In this document: piece by piece, positions 18,345 to 27,117 of the stretch
How the letters are laid out: every line of letters starts with the position of its first letter
How positions within the stretch are numbered: the first letter of the stretch is position 1
Assembly: GCA_036338695.1 (NCBI GenBank)
Contig: JAYZBQ010000019.1
Coordinates: forward strand, 1-38,833
Length of the DNA stretch: 38,833 nt
From: Myxococcota bacterium
GTDB lineage: Bacteria > Myxococcota > UBA4151
Reading direction: 5' to 3'
The notes under the pieces: model-generated
The model's input: the letters and a program-made list of their open reading frames with translations, nothing else
What the model was told of the DNA's origin: nothing
The model's database searches: none
Translations under genes and position numbers: made by a program

Positions 18345-19615
18345 GGTGTTCTCCCCAAAAGCTCGCGCTCGATCGACGCCATCTTAGCCTCGACCTCGGC
18401 GCGCTCGTCCGCAGGAACACTGTGCTCTACGACACCGGCGCCGGCAAATATCGTGGCGTCCGCTTCACACAACAGGGCGCTGCGAATGGCGACCGCTGCG
18501 TGCCCTCGCCGCCGACCCCTTATCCAGCCGAACGGAGCCCCGTAGGCGCCTCGATGAAGCGGCTCAAAGCGCTCCAGATCATCGACTGCGCCGGCTTGCG
18601 GATATCCACCGAGCGCAGGTGTCGGGTGCAGCGCAGCGACCAGCTCCAAGAAGCCGACGCCAGGCAGCGTCTGCCCCTCGAGTGTGCGCTGCAGATGCAG
18701 CAAGTGGTCAAGCGTGCGAATGCTGGGCTCCTCGGGGACGACGATCTGCTGAGCCAAAGGTTCGAGCGATTCGATCATTCCTTGCGCCACCAGGTCATGC
18801 TCGCGCCGATCTTTCTCGCTGCGCAACAGCTCGGCGGCGCTGGTCTCGCTTTGGCGCGTCCGCGTACCCGCTAGAATGTGCGCCCTAAAGTCATCATCGC
18901 GCTGCTCAACAAGCGTCTCAGGCGTACAGCCGACCCACAGCGACCCGGCACCTTGCGAGCACGCAAAATGGACGCCGTCGCGCGTGCTCGACACCAGCCG
19001 ATCAAGCGTCCGTGCGATCCCGTCACCGCGCCAAGGCAGCCGCCGAGCGTTGGCGAGCACGACCTTCTTGAGCGCACCCCCGAGTCGCTCGACGGCGTGC
19101 GCAGCGCGCGCCTCAAACGCAACCGGCGTCTCAACCCATTGCGGCGCTTCAAATTGAACCGATCCTTCCGGCAGCTCATACCGGCGCCCGACCATAAGAG
19201 CGTCCCATAAAGAACGGGCGGTCTCGAGACCGCCTTCATCGAAGCCCATCAACTGCGCCGTAGCGACGCCTTCACGCACCTCGACGAGGACCTGCGGGAC
19301 CACCAGGCGCAGCCCGCGCCACGCGGTCCACTCATCTCGCCCTGCGCCATAATCAAAGGTGGCGGCAAACCAACTCGGCGCACCATCCAGCGCCGATCCT
19401 GCGCTTTGTTCTTCCAGCCAGTCATGCGCGGCACGAAGCGCCTCGACCCCGTCACCCGCGTACTCTGCGCAGACGCCGACACCCATCAAGGTGTGCCCCG
19501 TGCCCGGATCACGCCAGTACAGAAACGGCTGACCCAGCCGATGCGCTCGATTCAGTAGCGCCGACCATGCGGGGGTCGGACACGGTACTTTGAGACTTCG
19601 CAACGCTCCGCCCAT
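18341..19615 (-). CDS. menF: Isochorismate synthase
   Basis: KKVVLA, TPETL, LAGT, KDRREH, LHPTPALGG, VAIRS, FAGAGVV, E..E..K; directly upstream of menD. Confidence 0.9.
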   Translation of the reverse strand: MGGALRSLKVPCPTPAWSALLNRAHRLGQPFLYWRDPGTGHTLMGVGVCAEYAGDGVEALRAAHDWLEEQSAGSALDGAPSWFAATFDYGAGRDEWTAWRGLRLVVPQVLVEVREGVATAQLMGFDEGGLETARSLWDALMVGRRYELPEGSVQFEAPQWVETPVAFEARAAHAVERLGGALKKVVLANARRLPWRGDGIARTLDRLVSSTRDGVHFACSQGAGSLWVGCTPETLVEQRDDDFRAHILAGTRTRQSETSAAELLRSEKDRREHDLVAQGMIESLEPLAQQIVVPEEPSIRTLDHLLHLQRTLEGQTLPGVGFLELVAALHPTPALGGYPQAGAVDDLERFEPLHRGAYGAPFGWIRGRRRGHAAVAIRSALLCEADATIFAGAGVVEHSVPADERAEVEAKMASIERELLGRTP

Positions 19616-19684
19616 GGCGACCCTGCGCCGCCTCCGGCGGCGTATCGGTGGCCAGCGGCTCGAGCAAGCACTAACGCCGCGACC

Positions 19685-20875
19685 TCAGCCGCCGAGTTCG
19701 ATGAGCTCGGCGCGTTCGATCGCCTCCTCGACCAGCGCGTCCACATCCAAGCGGCGCTCTTGCCCCGCGATAATATGCGCTTTACCACGCGTCGTCGGGC
19801 TCTTCGGCATGAACAAGGTGCAGCAGTCATCGAAGGGGCGAATCGAGACGTCGTAGGTGTCGATCGCTCGCGCCAGGTCCATCACCTGCGACTTATCGTA
19901 GGTCAGCAAAGGCCGCATCACCACCCGCGTGGCGAGCTGATCGACGACGTTGAGGTTCTCGATCGTCTGGCTCGCCACCTGCCCCAAGTTCTCGCCGGTC
20001 ACGAGCGCTTTGCAGCGGCGGTCGCGCGCCACCCGGTCGGCGATACGGTACATAAACCGTCGATACAGCAGGACCGTATGTTTGGATTCGCAGTGTTGCT
20101 TAATCGCCTTCTGGATGGCCGTAAAATAGACGCTGTGGAGCGTCATAGCGCCCTGAGATCGAGCGAGGATCGTCCCGAGCTCGACGACCTTGTCGAGCGT
20201 CTCTTGAGGCACAAAAGGCGGCGAGTGAAAGTAGATCGACTCCAGCTCACACCCGCGTCGCTGCGCTAGGTGTCCAGCGACCGGCGAGTCGATGCCCCCT
20301 GAGAGCAACAGCAGGGTCTTCCCGGCGCTGCCGACAGGTAGTCCACCGCAGCCGTCCTCGTCTTGCGTCCACAAAAACGTCCCATGCGCTGCCACCTCGC
20401 AACCGAGCGTGAGCGTGGCGCGGCGCAGGTCGATGGGCAGCGGGTGCTGCTCCATCACGGCGCCGGCCAGCAGCCGATTTAAATCAGGAGAGCGCACCTC
20501 AAAGCGCTTATCGGTGCGGCGCGACGCCACGCGAAAGCTCGGCGCAGCGCCGGGCGCGTGCGGCGCCGAGCTCAGCGCTCGACCGACCAGCTCGACCGCC
20601 ATGGATTGCATGGCGCTTAGATCCCTGTCGACCGAGTGGGCGCAGACGACCCGCACGATGCCAGGCGTCCGCTTCGCTAGATCCAGCGCAGCCGCAAACT
20701 CGCCGTGTGCGAGCCGGATCTCCATGCGATCGTGGCGCACCACCAGCTCGCTCACCGGCGCCTGCGCTTTGAGTCCGGCGCGCAGCCGCCGCGCCAACGC
20801 GTCGATAAAGTCCTTACGATTAGCACCTTTGAGCCAGAGCTCACCGAAGCGAAGGATCAGGAGATCAGGCGTCAT
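19685..20875 (-). CDS. thiI: tRNA 4-thiouridine(8) synthase, short form without rhodanese domain
   Basis: RFGELWLKG, THUMP region, LLSGGIDSPVA, GENLGQVASQT, RPL, DDCC. Confidence 0.95.
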   Translation of the reverse strand: MTPDLLILRFGELWLKGANRKDFIDALARRLRAGLKAQAPVSELVVRHDRMEIRLAHGEFAAALDLAKRTPGIVRVVCAHSVDRDLSAMQSMAVELVGRALSSAPHAPGAAPSFRVASRRTDKRFEVRSPDLNRLLAGAVMEQHPLPIDLRRATLTLGCEVAAHGTFLWTQDEDGCGGLPVGSAGKTLLLLSGGIDSPVAGHLAQRRGCELESIYFHSPPFVPQETLDKVVELGTILARSQGAMTLHSVYFTAIQKAIKQHCESKHTVLLYRRFMYRIADRVARDRRCKALVTGENLGQVASQTIENLNVVDQLATRVVMRPLLTYDKSQVMDLARAIDTYDVSIRPFDDCCTLFMPKSPTTRGKAHIIAGQERRLDVDALVEEAIERAELIELGG

Positions 20876-22004
20876 AAGCCGCTCTCAACTCATCGACGCA
20901 CTGCGCAAACCGAACCGCCGCCTCGCACACCTCCGCTCGGGTGGTCAGACGGCTCACACTGAACCGAAGGAAAGCGCCCTCTTCAGGGCTGCGCTTCATC
21001 GCCGTGAGGACTTTGGAGAAATCTTGTTTCGACGAGCGAGTGCAGGCGCTGCCTGCGCTGCAATAGACACCCACCTCACCCAGCGCGTTGAGAAGCGGTC
21101 CCGTCGGCAAGCCAGGCACATGGACGCTGCAGATATGCGCTGCGCGCTCCGGCCCAAACGCAGGCCCGATCAGCTCAAGCTCCGGCACCCGCTGGCGCAG
21201 CTCGTCATAGAGGACTTCGCCCAAGCCGTGCTTCGGCGCTTCGCTCTGGCGCACAGCAGCCTCGGCGAACCCCCACGCGAGCGAGGCGCACTGCGTCCCG
21301 CCGCGCAAGCCCGCCTCCTGACCGCCGCCGCGAAACACGGGGCGCAGGGTCTCGAACCGGCGCGCATACAGCGCCCCGATCCCCTTAGGCCCGTGGATCT
21401 TATGACTCGTGAACGCCATCAGGTCGACGTCGAGCGCCTGCACATCGATGGGGATCTTAGCGAAAGCTTGCACCGCATCGACGATCAGTTTGGCGCGCGG
21501 CGCGCCCGCTCGCACGACCTGTGCCAGCGCCACAAGGTCATTGATCGCGCCGACCTCGTTGTTGACCATCATCGTTGCGACCATGCGTGTCTGCGGCGTC
21601 AGCGCCTGCTCAAGGCTGCTCAGCTTGACGCGGCCGAGCGCGTCGACGGGCAGGACATCCACCGCCCAACCCAGCCGCTCCTTGAGCCAATAAGCTGACT
21701 CACTGATCGCTGAGTGCTCAACGGCGCTGATGGCGATCCGCCCGGGCTGCTCACCGGCGCTGCCCAAAACGGCCCAGCCGAGCGACTCGGTGCCGCCGCC
21801 GGTAAAGGCGATCTGGTCCGGCTTCGCCCCGATGACGCGAGCGATCCGCAGCCGCGCCGTCTCAAGGCATTTGCGCGCCTGACGACCCAGCGCATGCTTT
21901 GACGAGGGGTTCGCAAAATCCAGCTCGTAACGCTCTTGCATCCCCGCCAGAACAGCAGGATCGATCGGGGTGGTCGCTGCGTGATCAAGGTAGAGCATCG
22001 TCAC
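20865..22004 (-). CDS. Cysteine desulfurase (class V PLP; NifZ/IscS-like partner of ThiI)
   Basis: YLDHAATT, NPSS, DAVQ, SHKIHGPKG, CSAGSAC. True start may be ATG 21998. Confidence 0.92.
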   Translation of the reverse strand: MTMLYLDHAATTPIDPAVLAGMQERYELDFANPSSKHALGRQARKCLETARLRIARVIGAKPDQIAFTGGGTESLGWAVLGSAGEQPGRIAISAVEHSAISESAYWLKERLGWAVDVLPVDALGRVKLSSLEQALTPQTRMVATMMVNNEVGAINDLVALAQVVRAGAPRAKLIVDAVQAFAKIPIDVQALDVDLMAFTSHKIHGPKGIGALYARRFETLRPVFRGGGQEAGLRGGTQCASLAWGFAEAAVRQSEAPKHGLGEVLYDELRQRVPELELIGPAFGPERAAHICSVHVPGLPTGPLLNALGEVGVYCSAGSACTRSSKQDFSKVLTAMKRSPEEGAFLRFSVSRLTTRAEVCEAAVRFAQCVDELRAAYDA

Positions 22005-22070
22005 TTCCTCACCGCCCCCTTTTCATCGGACCTCAGCGAGCGCAAGCTCACAACGTCCTCGGAGCGCATC

Positions 22071-22409
22071 ATGAACGACAAACATCCAGATAACGAAGCT
22101 CAGATACCAAAGCTCGACCTTCCCTCCAAGCTGACGCCCGCTGAGATTGAGCACAGGCTCAAGCCCCTCACCCGCTGGCGGCTCGAGGCGGGCGCGCTGA
22201 CCCGCACCTTTGACTTCCCGAATTTTGTTGAGGCGCTGGCGCTGACGAACCGCATCGGCGCCATCGCCGAAGCGCAGGCGCACCACCCCGACATCTTCCT
22301 CACCTGGGGCCGGGTCGAGCTACGGATCTGGACGCATGACATCGGCGGGTTGAGCGAAGGTGACTTTACCCTGGCCGCTGAGATAGACGGGCTTGAGGTA
22401 GACACCTAG
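22071..22409 (+). CDS. phhB: Pterin-4a-carbinolamine dehydratase
   Basis: F.F.NF..A, AEAQAHHPD, WTHDIGGLSEGDF.LA; GGAG before ATG 22071. Confidence 0.92.
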   Translation: MNDKHPDNEAQIPKLDLPSKLTPAEIEHRLKPLTRWRLEAGALTRTFDFPNFVEALALTNRIGAIAEAQAHHPDIFLTWGRVELRIWTHDIGGLSEGDFTLAAEIDGLEVDT

Positions 22410-24212
22410 CGGCTCACGAGCCCACCAACGCGCCGCGCCGGGCGGCGTCATCCGGTATCGGTAGCGAAGGATGCGAAGCTGCTTGGGCGGCTGGTCAAAC
22501 GGGACCTTGGCAAACAGTGACCGGACCGCCTGTGCGTCGCGCAACAGCCCCTCAAGCAGCCCAACCAGCCAGCGGTTCTGCTCCACGCGCCCGAGCGCCG
22601 CAAACCAGAGCTGCCAGTCCAGCCGGGGCATGTGGGGCGCGACCTGCGGCGGGCGTCGATCCAGACGGCCTGGCTTGAAGGGCAGCTCATAAGGCGCCCA
22701 TTCGGCTCCATCGAGCGACCCCTCAATCACCAGCTCCGGCCGCTCTTGGGTCATCACAGCGAACAGCCCGTAGCTGGCGGTCAGGCGAAGGGGCGCCACC
22801 GCTCTTTGCACAGGTCGAAGGGGCGCGAGAACCTGCGTTGCGGTGTGGCGCTCAAGCCCTACGAGCGTCAGCAGCAACAGCGCCCCTGCGCCGATGCGGG
22901 CGCTCCAGGCGGCGCGCTCAGGTCGCTCGTAGGTCAGTTTGCTCGTCCAACCGCCCCAGAATCGATCATCGAGCGCCAGCAAGGCTAAAGCTGCGGTGAG
23001 CAGGTTGAAGTAGCCGTAGTTTCCGGTCAGCGCGATCGCCGACATCAACGCCACGATCGACACCGCGCCGGCGTGCCGGAGCCTGCGCGGCATCACCAGA
23101 AGACACGGCGCGATGAACTCGATACCGAGCATCCCGGCGCAGCTCAACTGCTGCACCCAAGCGGGCAGTTGATGCGCCCAGTACGCGAACAGGTTGGGGA
23201 GGGGTTGGGTCTCGTAGTGCACCTCAAGCGCCGTACAGCTCGCCCAGGACGGATCACCGCTCGCCAACTTCACGTACGCCGAGACGAACACCAGCCGCCA
23301 GAGCAACCACAGCGAGAGCCAGCGGAACACGCTCTGGGTGCCAGAGCAGGCGCTCAGGGTGAGCCGAGCGCCGCGCGGGGCGACGAAAATGGCGAGGAAC
23401 CCCGCCTCACACAGCAGGCTGTCCCACTGGTAATAGGTAAAGTTTTGCCCGGCAGTGACCAGCGAGAGGTGCAAGGCCCAAGCCGCCGCTGCGGTCCATC
23501 GCGGCCAGCGACCGAGCACCAGCATCACCCCTGCGAGGGCGCCAGCCCACGCGCTGATCACCAAACTCGAGCTCGACTCAAAAAGCCAACCGATCGTGGG
23601 CGCGTACCAGACCGCCCAGGCTCCCCCTCCCTGCTGCACTCTTGCGAGGTAATCACGCAGCGGCAAAATCCCCTCTTCGCCGACGAGCCCAGGGAGCTGC
23701 AGAGCCAGTGAAGCAAAGGCGAACACATACACCAACCCCAGCAGCCGCAGATACAGCGCCGTACTGAACCGATAGTTTGACGGTAAGAGCGGCTCACCCC
23801 AGAGCCAGCGGGCAGCCTGCGCTGCCTGATGACGGCGACTCGCCACTAAGCGGTAGCCCCACTCGGTGACCGGCGCAAAGCCCGGCAGCCGGCGATAGAG
23901 AAACCAAGGCAAGCCGTACCCGGCAGCCATCGCCAGCACGTAGAAGACAGCCGCTGCTCCGCTTCGAAGCGCACCCTGTTCGTCGGCGACCCAGACCGAG
24001 GTCTCCAGGTCCTCGTCGCTGAGCTCTTGAAACTGAGCGCCCACGACGCCCCCAGCGCCCACCGCTAAACGCGCCTCGCCGACCAAGGCTTGAGCATAGC
24101 CAGCGCAAGCCCGACAGAACCCGCAGGCGCCATCGTAGATCAGCAGCGCTCGGCGCTCCGTTTGCCGGTCCCAGTCGCTTACTTCGATCAAGTCATCGTG
24201 GGCTGAACGCAC
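22320..24212 (-). CDS. DCC1/DUF393 thiol-disulfide domain fused to lipase maturation factor (LMF) family membrane protein
   Basis: N-terminal YDGACGFC; LMF motifs LRLLGLVY..AF.S, G..GILP, YQWDSLL.EAGF, HYETQPLP, GNY..FN.L, YGLFAVMT, PHMPRLDWQLWFAA. Confidence 0.9.
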   Translation of the reverse strand: MRSAHDDLIEVSDWDRQTERRALLIYDGACGFCRACAGYAQALVGEARLAVGAGGVVGAQFQELSDEDLETSVWVADEQGALRSGAAAVFYVLAMAAGYGLPWFLYRRLPGFAPVTEWGYRLVASRRHQAAQAARWLWGEPLLPSNYRFSTALYLRLLGLVYVFAFASLALQLPGLVGEEGILPLRDYLARVQQGGGAWAVWYAPTIGWLFESSSSLVISAWAGALAGVMLVLGRWPRWTAAAAWALHLSLVTAGQNFTYYQWDSLLCEAGFLAIFVAPRGARLTLSACSGTQSVFRWLSLWLLWRLVFVSAYVKLASGDPSWASCTALEVHYETQPLPNLFAYWAHQLPAWVQQLSCAGMLGIEFIAPCLLVMPRRLRHAGAVSIVALMSAIALTGNYGYFNLLTAALALLALDDRFWGGWTSKLTYERPERAAWSARIGAGALLLLTLVGLERHTATQVLAPLRPVQRAVAPLRLTASYGLFAVMTQERPELVIEGSLDGAEWAPYELPFKPGRLDRRPPQVAPHMPRLDWQLWFAALGRVEQNRWLVGLLEGLLRDAQAVRSLFAKVPFDQPPKQLRILRYRYRMTPPGAARWWAREPLGVYLKPVYLSGQGKVTFAQPADVMRPDP

Positions 24213-24309
24213 TCAAGCACCGCCTCTCACGGCCGCCCCAGCGCGCCACGGTGCTGCCAGTGGGCGCCTCGACCTTGCCTTGCGAGACCACCCTACCGCC
24301 ATCCGCACG

Positions 24310-25086
24310 TCAAAAGCGACCGTCGTCCAACTCGACCGTCACCGGGCAGTGATCCGAGCCCATGACCGACGCTTCGATCCCCGCCGAGGTGACCATGGGC
24401 AGGAGCTCATCGGCTACCACGTGGTAATCGATACGCCAGCCGACGTTGCGTTCGCGCGCCCCGCTTCGAAAACTCCACCACGAGTAGGCGCCGGTCGTGT
24501 CGGGGTGCATCACCCGAAAGGTGTCGTGGTATCCGGCGTCAAACCAGCGATCCATCCAGGCGCACTCCTCGGGCAAGAACCCCGTGGTCTTGCGGTTGGC
24601 TTTGGGTCGAGCGAGGTCCACCTCACGGTGAGCCGTGTTCCAGTCGCCGCTGATGAGTACGAGCCGCCCCTCGGCGCGCGCCAGCTCGGCGGCGTCGAGC
24701 ACCGCCGCGTAATAGTCCAGCTTGTACGGAACCCGGCCATGGTCGCGCTGGCCATTTGGGAAATAGCCGTTGAAGATGCGCAGGCGCCCATGGTCCGTGA
24801 TCACGGTGCGCCCCTCACGATCGAAGCGCTCAATACCGAGCCCGATCTGGTGGTCATCAGGCGCTCGGCGCGACCAGGTCGAGACCCCTGAATACCCCTT
24901 CTTTTCCGCGGTTGCCCAGACGCAGTGATAGCCATGCGACTCGAGCAGCTCAGCGTCGAGTTGATCGGGCCAAGCCTTGGTCTCCTGAAGTAAGAGCACG
25001 TCGGGAGACGCCTCCTCTAACCAACTGAGAAAGCCCTTCTTTGCGCACGCTCGGATGCCGTTGACGTTCCACGAAACAATCTTCAC
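24310..25086 (-). CDS. xth: Exodeoxyribonuclease III
   Basis: SWNVNGIRA, QETK, GYSGV, YFPNG, GDWNTAH, GWRIDY, GSDHCP; GGAGGT RBS before GTG 25086. Confidence 0.95.
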   Translation of the reverse strand: MKIVSWNVNGIRACAKKGFLSWLEEASPDVLLLQETKAWPDQLDAELLESHGYHCVWATAEKKGYSGVSTWSRRAPDDHQIGLGIERFDREGRTVITDHGRLRIFNGYFPNGQRDHGRVPYKLDYYAAVLDAAELARAEGRLVLISGDWNTAHREVDLARPKANRKTTGFLPEECAWMDRWFDAGYHDTFRVMHPDTTGAYSWWSFRSGARERNVGWRIDYHVVADELLPMVTSAGIEASVMGSDHCPVTVELDDGRF

Positions 25087-25104
25087 TGCGAGCCACCTCC
25101 CGGT

Positions 25105-25135
25105 AAAAAACAGAGACCCGCCACATTGGCGGGTC
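25105..25135 (-). terminator. Intrinsic terminator of the tRNA-His/tRNA-Lys transcript
   Basis: Minus strand GACCCGCCA-ATG-TGGCGGGTC-TCTG-TTTTTT, 3 nt after the tRNA-Lys CCA. Confidence 0.8.
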
Positions 25136-25138
25136 ATC

Positions 25139-25214
25139 TGGTAGGCGCACAAGGATTCGAACCTTGGACCAGCGGATTAAGAGTCCGATGCTCTACCAAC
25201 TGAGCTATGCGCCC
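25139..25214 (-). tRNA. tRNA-Lys(CTT)
   Basis: GGGCGCATAGCTCAGTTGGTAGAGCATCGGACT-CTT-AATCCGCTGGTCCAAGGTTCGAATCCTTGTGCGCCTACCA; cloverleaf with encoded CCA. Confidence 0.96.
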
Positions 25215-25216
25215 TT

Positions 25217-25293
25217 TGGGGTGACTGATGGGGCTTGAACCCACGACCGCCGGGATCACAACCCGGAGCTCTACCAACTGAGCTACAGCCACC
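25217..25293 (-). tRNA. tRNA-His(GTG) with encoded G-1
   Basis: GGTGGCTGTAGCTCAGTTGGTAGAGCTCCGGGTT-GTG-ATCCCGGCGGTCGTGGGTTCAAGCCCCATCAGTCACCCCA. Confidence 0.96.
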
Positions 25294-25368
25294 ACATCCA
25301 ACGAACGTTCGGTCCCTTTTTAGGAAAACGGATGGCGTGACAAGGCCATTTTCGGTCACACTCCGATT

Positions 25369-26202
25369 ATGGACTCGCAAGCACATCGCCCGACGTGGCT
25401 TATCGGCTGTCTGCTCACGGTGACGGTCTTGGCGTTTGGTTCGGCGTGCAGTCCGCCGGTCGAGGCGCCGACCCAGTTCGACGAGCTCTGCTCATTTATC
25501 TACAAACACGCCGACGACGAAGACCCGCAAGCACTCGCCGACGGCGTCGTGAACCTTCAAAATTGGCTCAAGTCAAGGCGCGACGAAGTGCGAGAAGGGT
25601 ACATGGTCGACAACCTCGACCCGGAGGTGGTCAAGATGCTCGACGGTCAAGACCATGACCTCACCGACTTGCTCGGCGTTGCGTTCGCCACCCAGTTTAC
25701 CTCAACGCTGGACCAGAGCATGGAGGTCAGCCTCACCGACGACCCGGCGGTGCAGGCGCCCGACCTCTGGAAAACCTACGATCGAACCAACGACGAGGGC
25801 GTAGCGTGCTTCCTTGATAAAACCTGTGATGTCCTCGAGTACGACGTCACCGCCGAGCAGCTCTATCCCTTGGGGCTCGAGTCGACGGTACGCTATCAAG
25901 CACGGATCCGCCGCGTGATGACCGATGCCGGCGAAGCGGTGATCTGGCGAACCTGGTTGAACGGTCCTAATGAGTTCAGCTGGGACTGGATCAAGGTGAA
26001 GCTAAACTTCTACCTCGGCATCAGCGTTCAAACCGCAGACGGCACGATGGAGCGTACCGAGGCGAGCTGGGTGCTCGCCAACATGGGTGACTCACCCGTC
26101 CCGCCGGACGTCGCGATGTCGCTGGCGCTCGACACGGTCAAAGACAACGCCGTCAAACATCAAGAACGCATGATCGAGAAGTATGGCGCAGCGACGCCCT
26201 AA
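25369..26202 (+). CDS. Hypothetical lipoprotein (paralog A)
   Basis: Lipobox-like GSAC; collinear similarity to 30579-31376 along its whole length. Confidence 0.8.
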   Translation: MDSQAHRPTWLIGCLLTVTVLAFGSACSPPVEAPTQFDELCSFIYKHADDEDPQALADGVVNLQNWLKSRRDEVREGYMVDNLDPEVVKMLDGQDHDLTDLLGVAFATQFTSTLDQSMEVSLTDDPAVQAPDLWKTYDRTNDEGVACFLDKTCDVLEYDVTAEQLYPLGLESTVRYQARIRRVMTDAGEAVIWRTWLNGPNEFSWDWIKVKLNFYLGISVQTADGTMERTEASWVLANMGDSPVPPDVAMSLALDTVKDNAVKHQERMIEKYGAATP

Positions 26203-27062
26203 GGGCGATACCAAAGCAGCGCGCTGATCCGATCCCCCCGCTGAACGTAAGCGATCTGGTTGCGGCGTCCATCGAGTAACGCAGCGCGATGCGATGGGCT
26301 GAGCATCCACCCGCGACAGATGGCGGTAAGACTGGCATCTTCTGCTACGACCTCGGCGGCGTGGCGCAAACGGATCTGATGGCGACTCAAAAACCGGCTC
26401 AGACCCAGCTGGCTGTGTCCAAACCGCTGCGCCAACTCCGCTCCGCGCGCTCGCTCGTACGCGCTCGGTGCGTCGACCGCCTCGAGCGCGCCAGCGCCGA
26501 GGTCTGCGCGGGCGGCGTTGATGGCCCCCGTCAGCGCATCGAGCTGCTCGCCCTCCTGGCATGGGTCCGGCACGAAATGCTCTGAGCGCAAGGGAATGTA
26601 CAGCCCCGTCTCGGGTCCCTCGGAGCCCTTGACCGTCACCCCGATCGCAACCGAATTCGGCAACGAAGGCAGATCAAAAATGGCCTGGGCGTCAGGCAAC
26701 AGGCGCCGGACTCGGCCGTCCGCTTCCACGTAATGTGCAGCCATCAGGCGAAACCCGGGCAGCGCCTCGACGCGCAGATGCACAGGGCTGCGATCGATGA
26801 TCCGTGCGCTCAAACGAGCGCAAAACCACGCTGCATCGCCGTGGATGGCCGCACAGTGCGTCAACCCGCGCTCAGCGGCCTCCCTGCGGTCGCTGACGCG
26901 CCCGTAGGCGAACGGAAAGAAGCCGTAACGAGCGAGCGCTTGCTTGGCCGCCGGCTCACCAAAGTCGCGCTGATGCTGAGCCGCCTCAGCGATGGCCCTA
27001 TCGGGATCAGCCACCCCAGAAGGGGCGAGCAGGGCGATCGTGATAAACTGCGCTTGCAACAT
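26199..27062 (-). CDS. Exported protein with degenerate C-terminal CAP/SCP domain
   Basis: Signal-like N-terminus; INAARADLG..L, FGHS, AEVVA, GWMLSPSHRAALL. Confidence 0.7.
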   Translation of the reverse strand: MLQAQFITIALLAPSGVADPDRAIAEAAQHQRDFGEPAAKQALARYGFFPFAYGRVSDRREAAERGLTHCAAIHGDAAWFCARLSARIIDRSPVHLRVEALPGFRLMAAHYVEADGRVRRLLPDAQAIFDLPSLPNSVAIGVTVKGSEGPETGLYIPLRSEHFVPDPCQEGEQLDALTGAINAARADLGAGALEAVDAPSAYERARGAELAQRFGHSQLGLSRFLSRHQIRLRHAAEVVAEDASLTAICRGWMLSPSHRAALLDGRRNQIAYVQRGDRISALLWYRP

Positions 27063-27117
27063 AGCTACAGTTCAAGGCACGCGCGCCGCATCTGCAAAAA
27101 ACTTGCGAGGTTTTGTC

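Noticed and set aside
19616..19687. thiI and menF are in the same frame, separated by one TGA and 23 sense codons (read-through or Sec fusion?)
   Set aside because: Easily arises by chance in GC-rich DNA; no recognisable SECIS or Sec context; ThiI ends at its normal position; the fusion has no functional logic.
20292..21698. 468-aa plus-strand ORF and many other long antisense/alternate-frame ORFs (e.g. 8077-8979, 10232-11074, 27478-28245)
   Set aside because: Shadows of well-supported genes in high-GC DNA, with no recognisable motifs.
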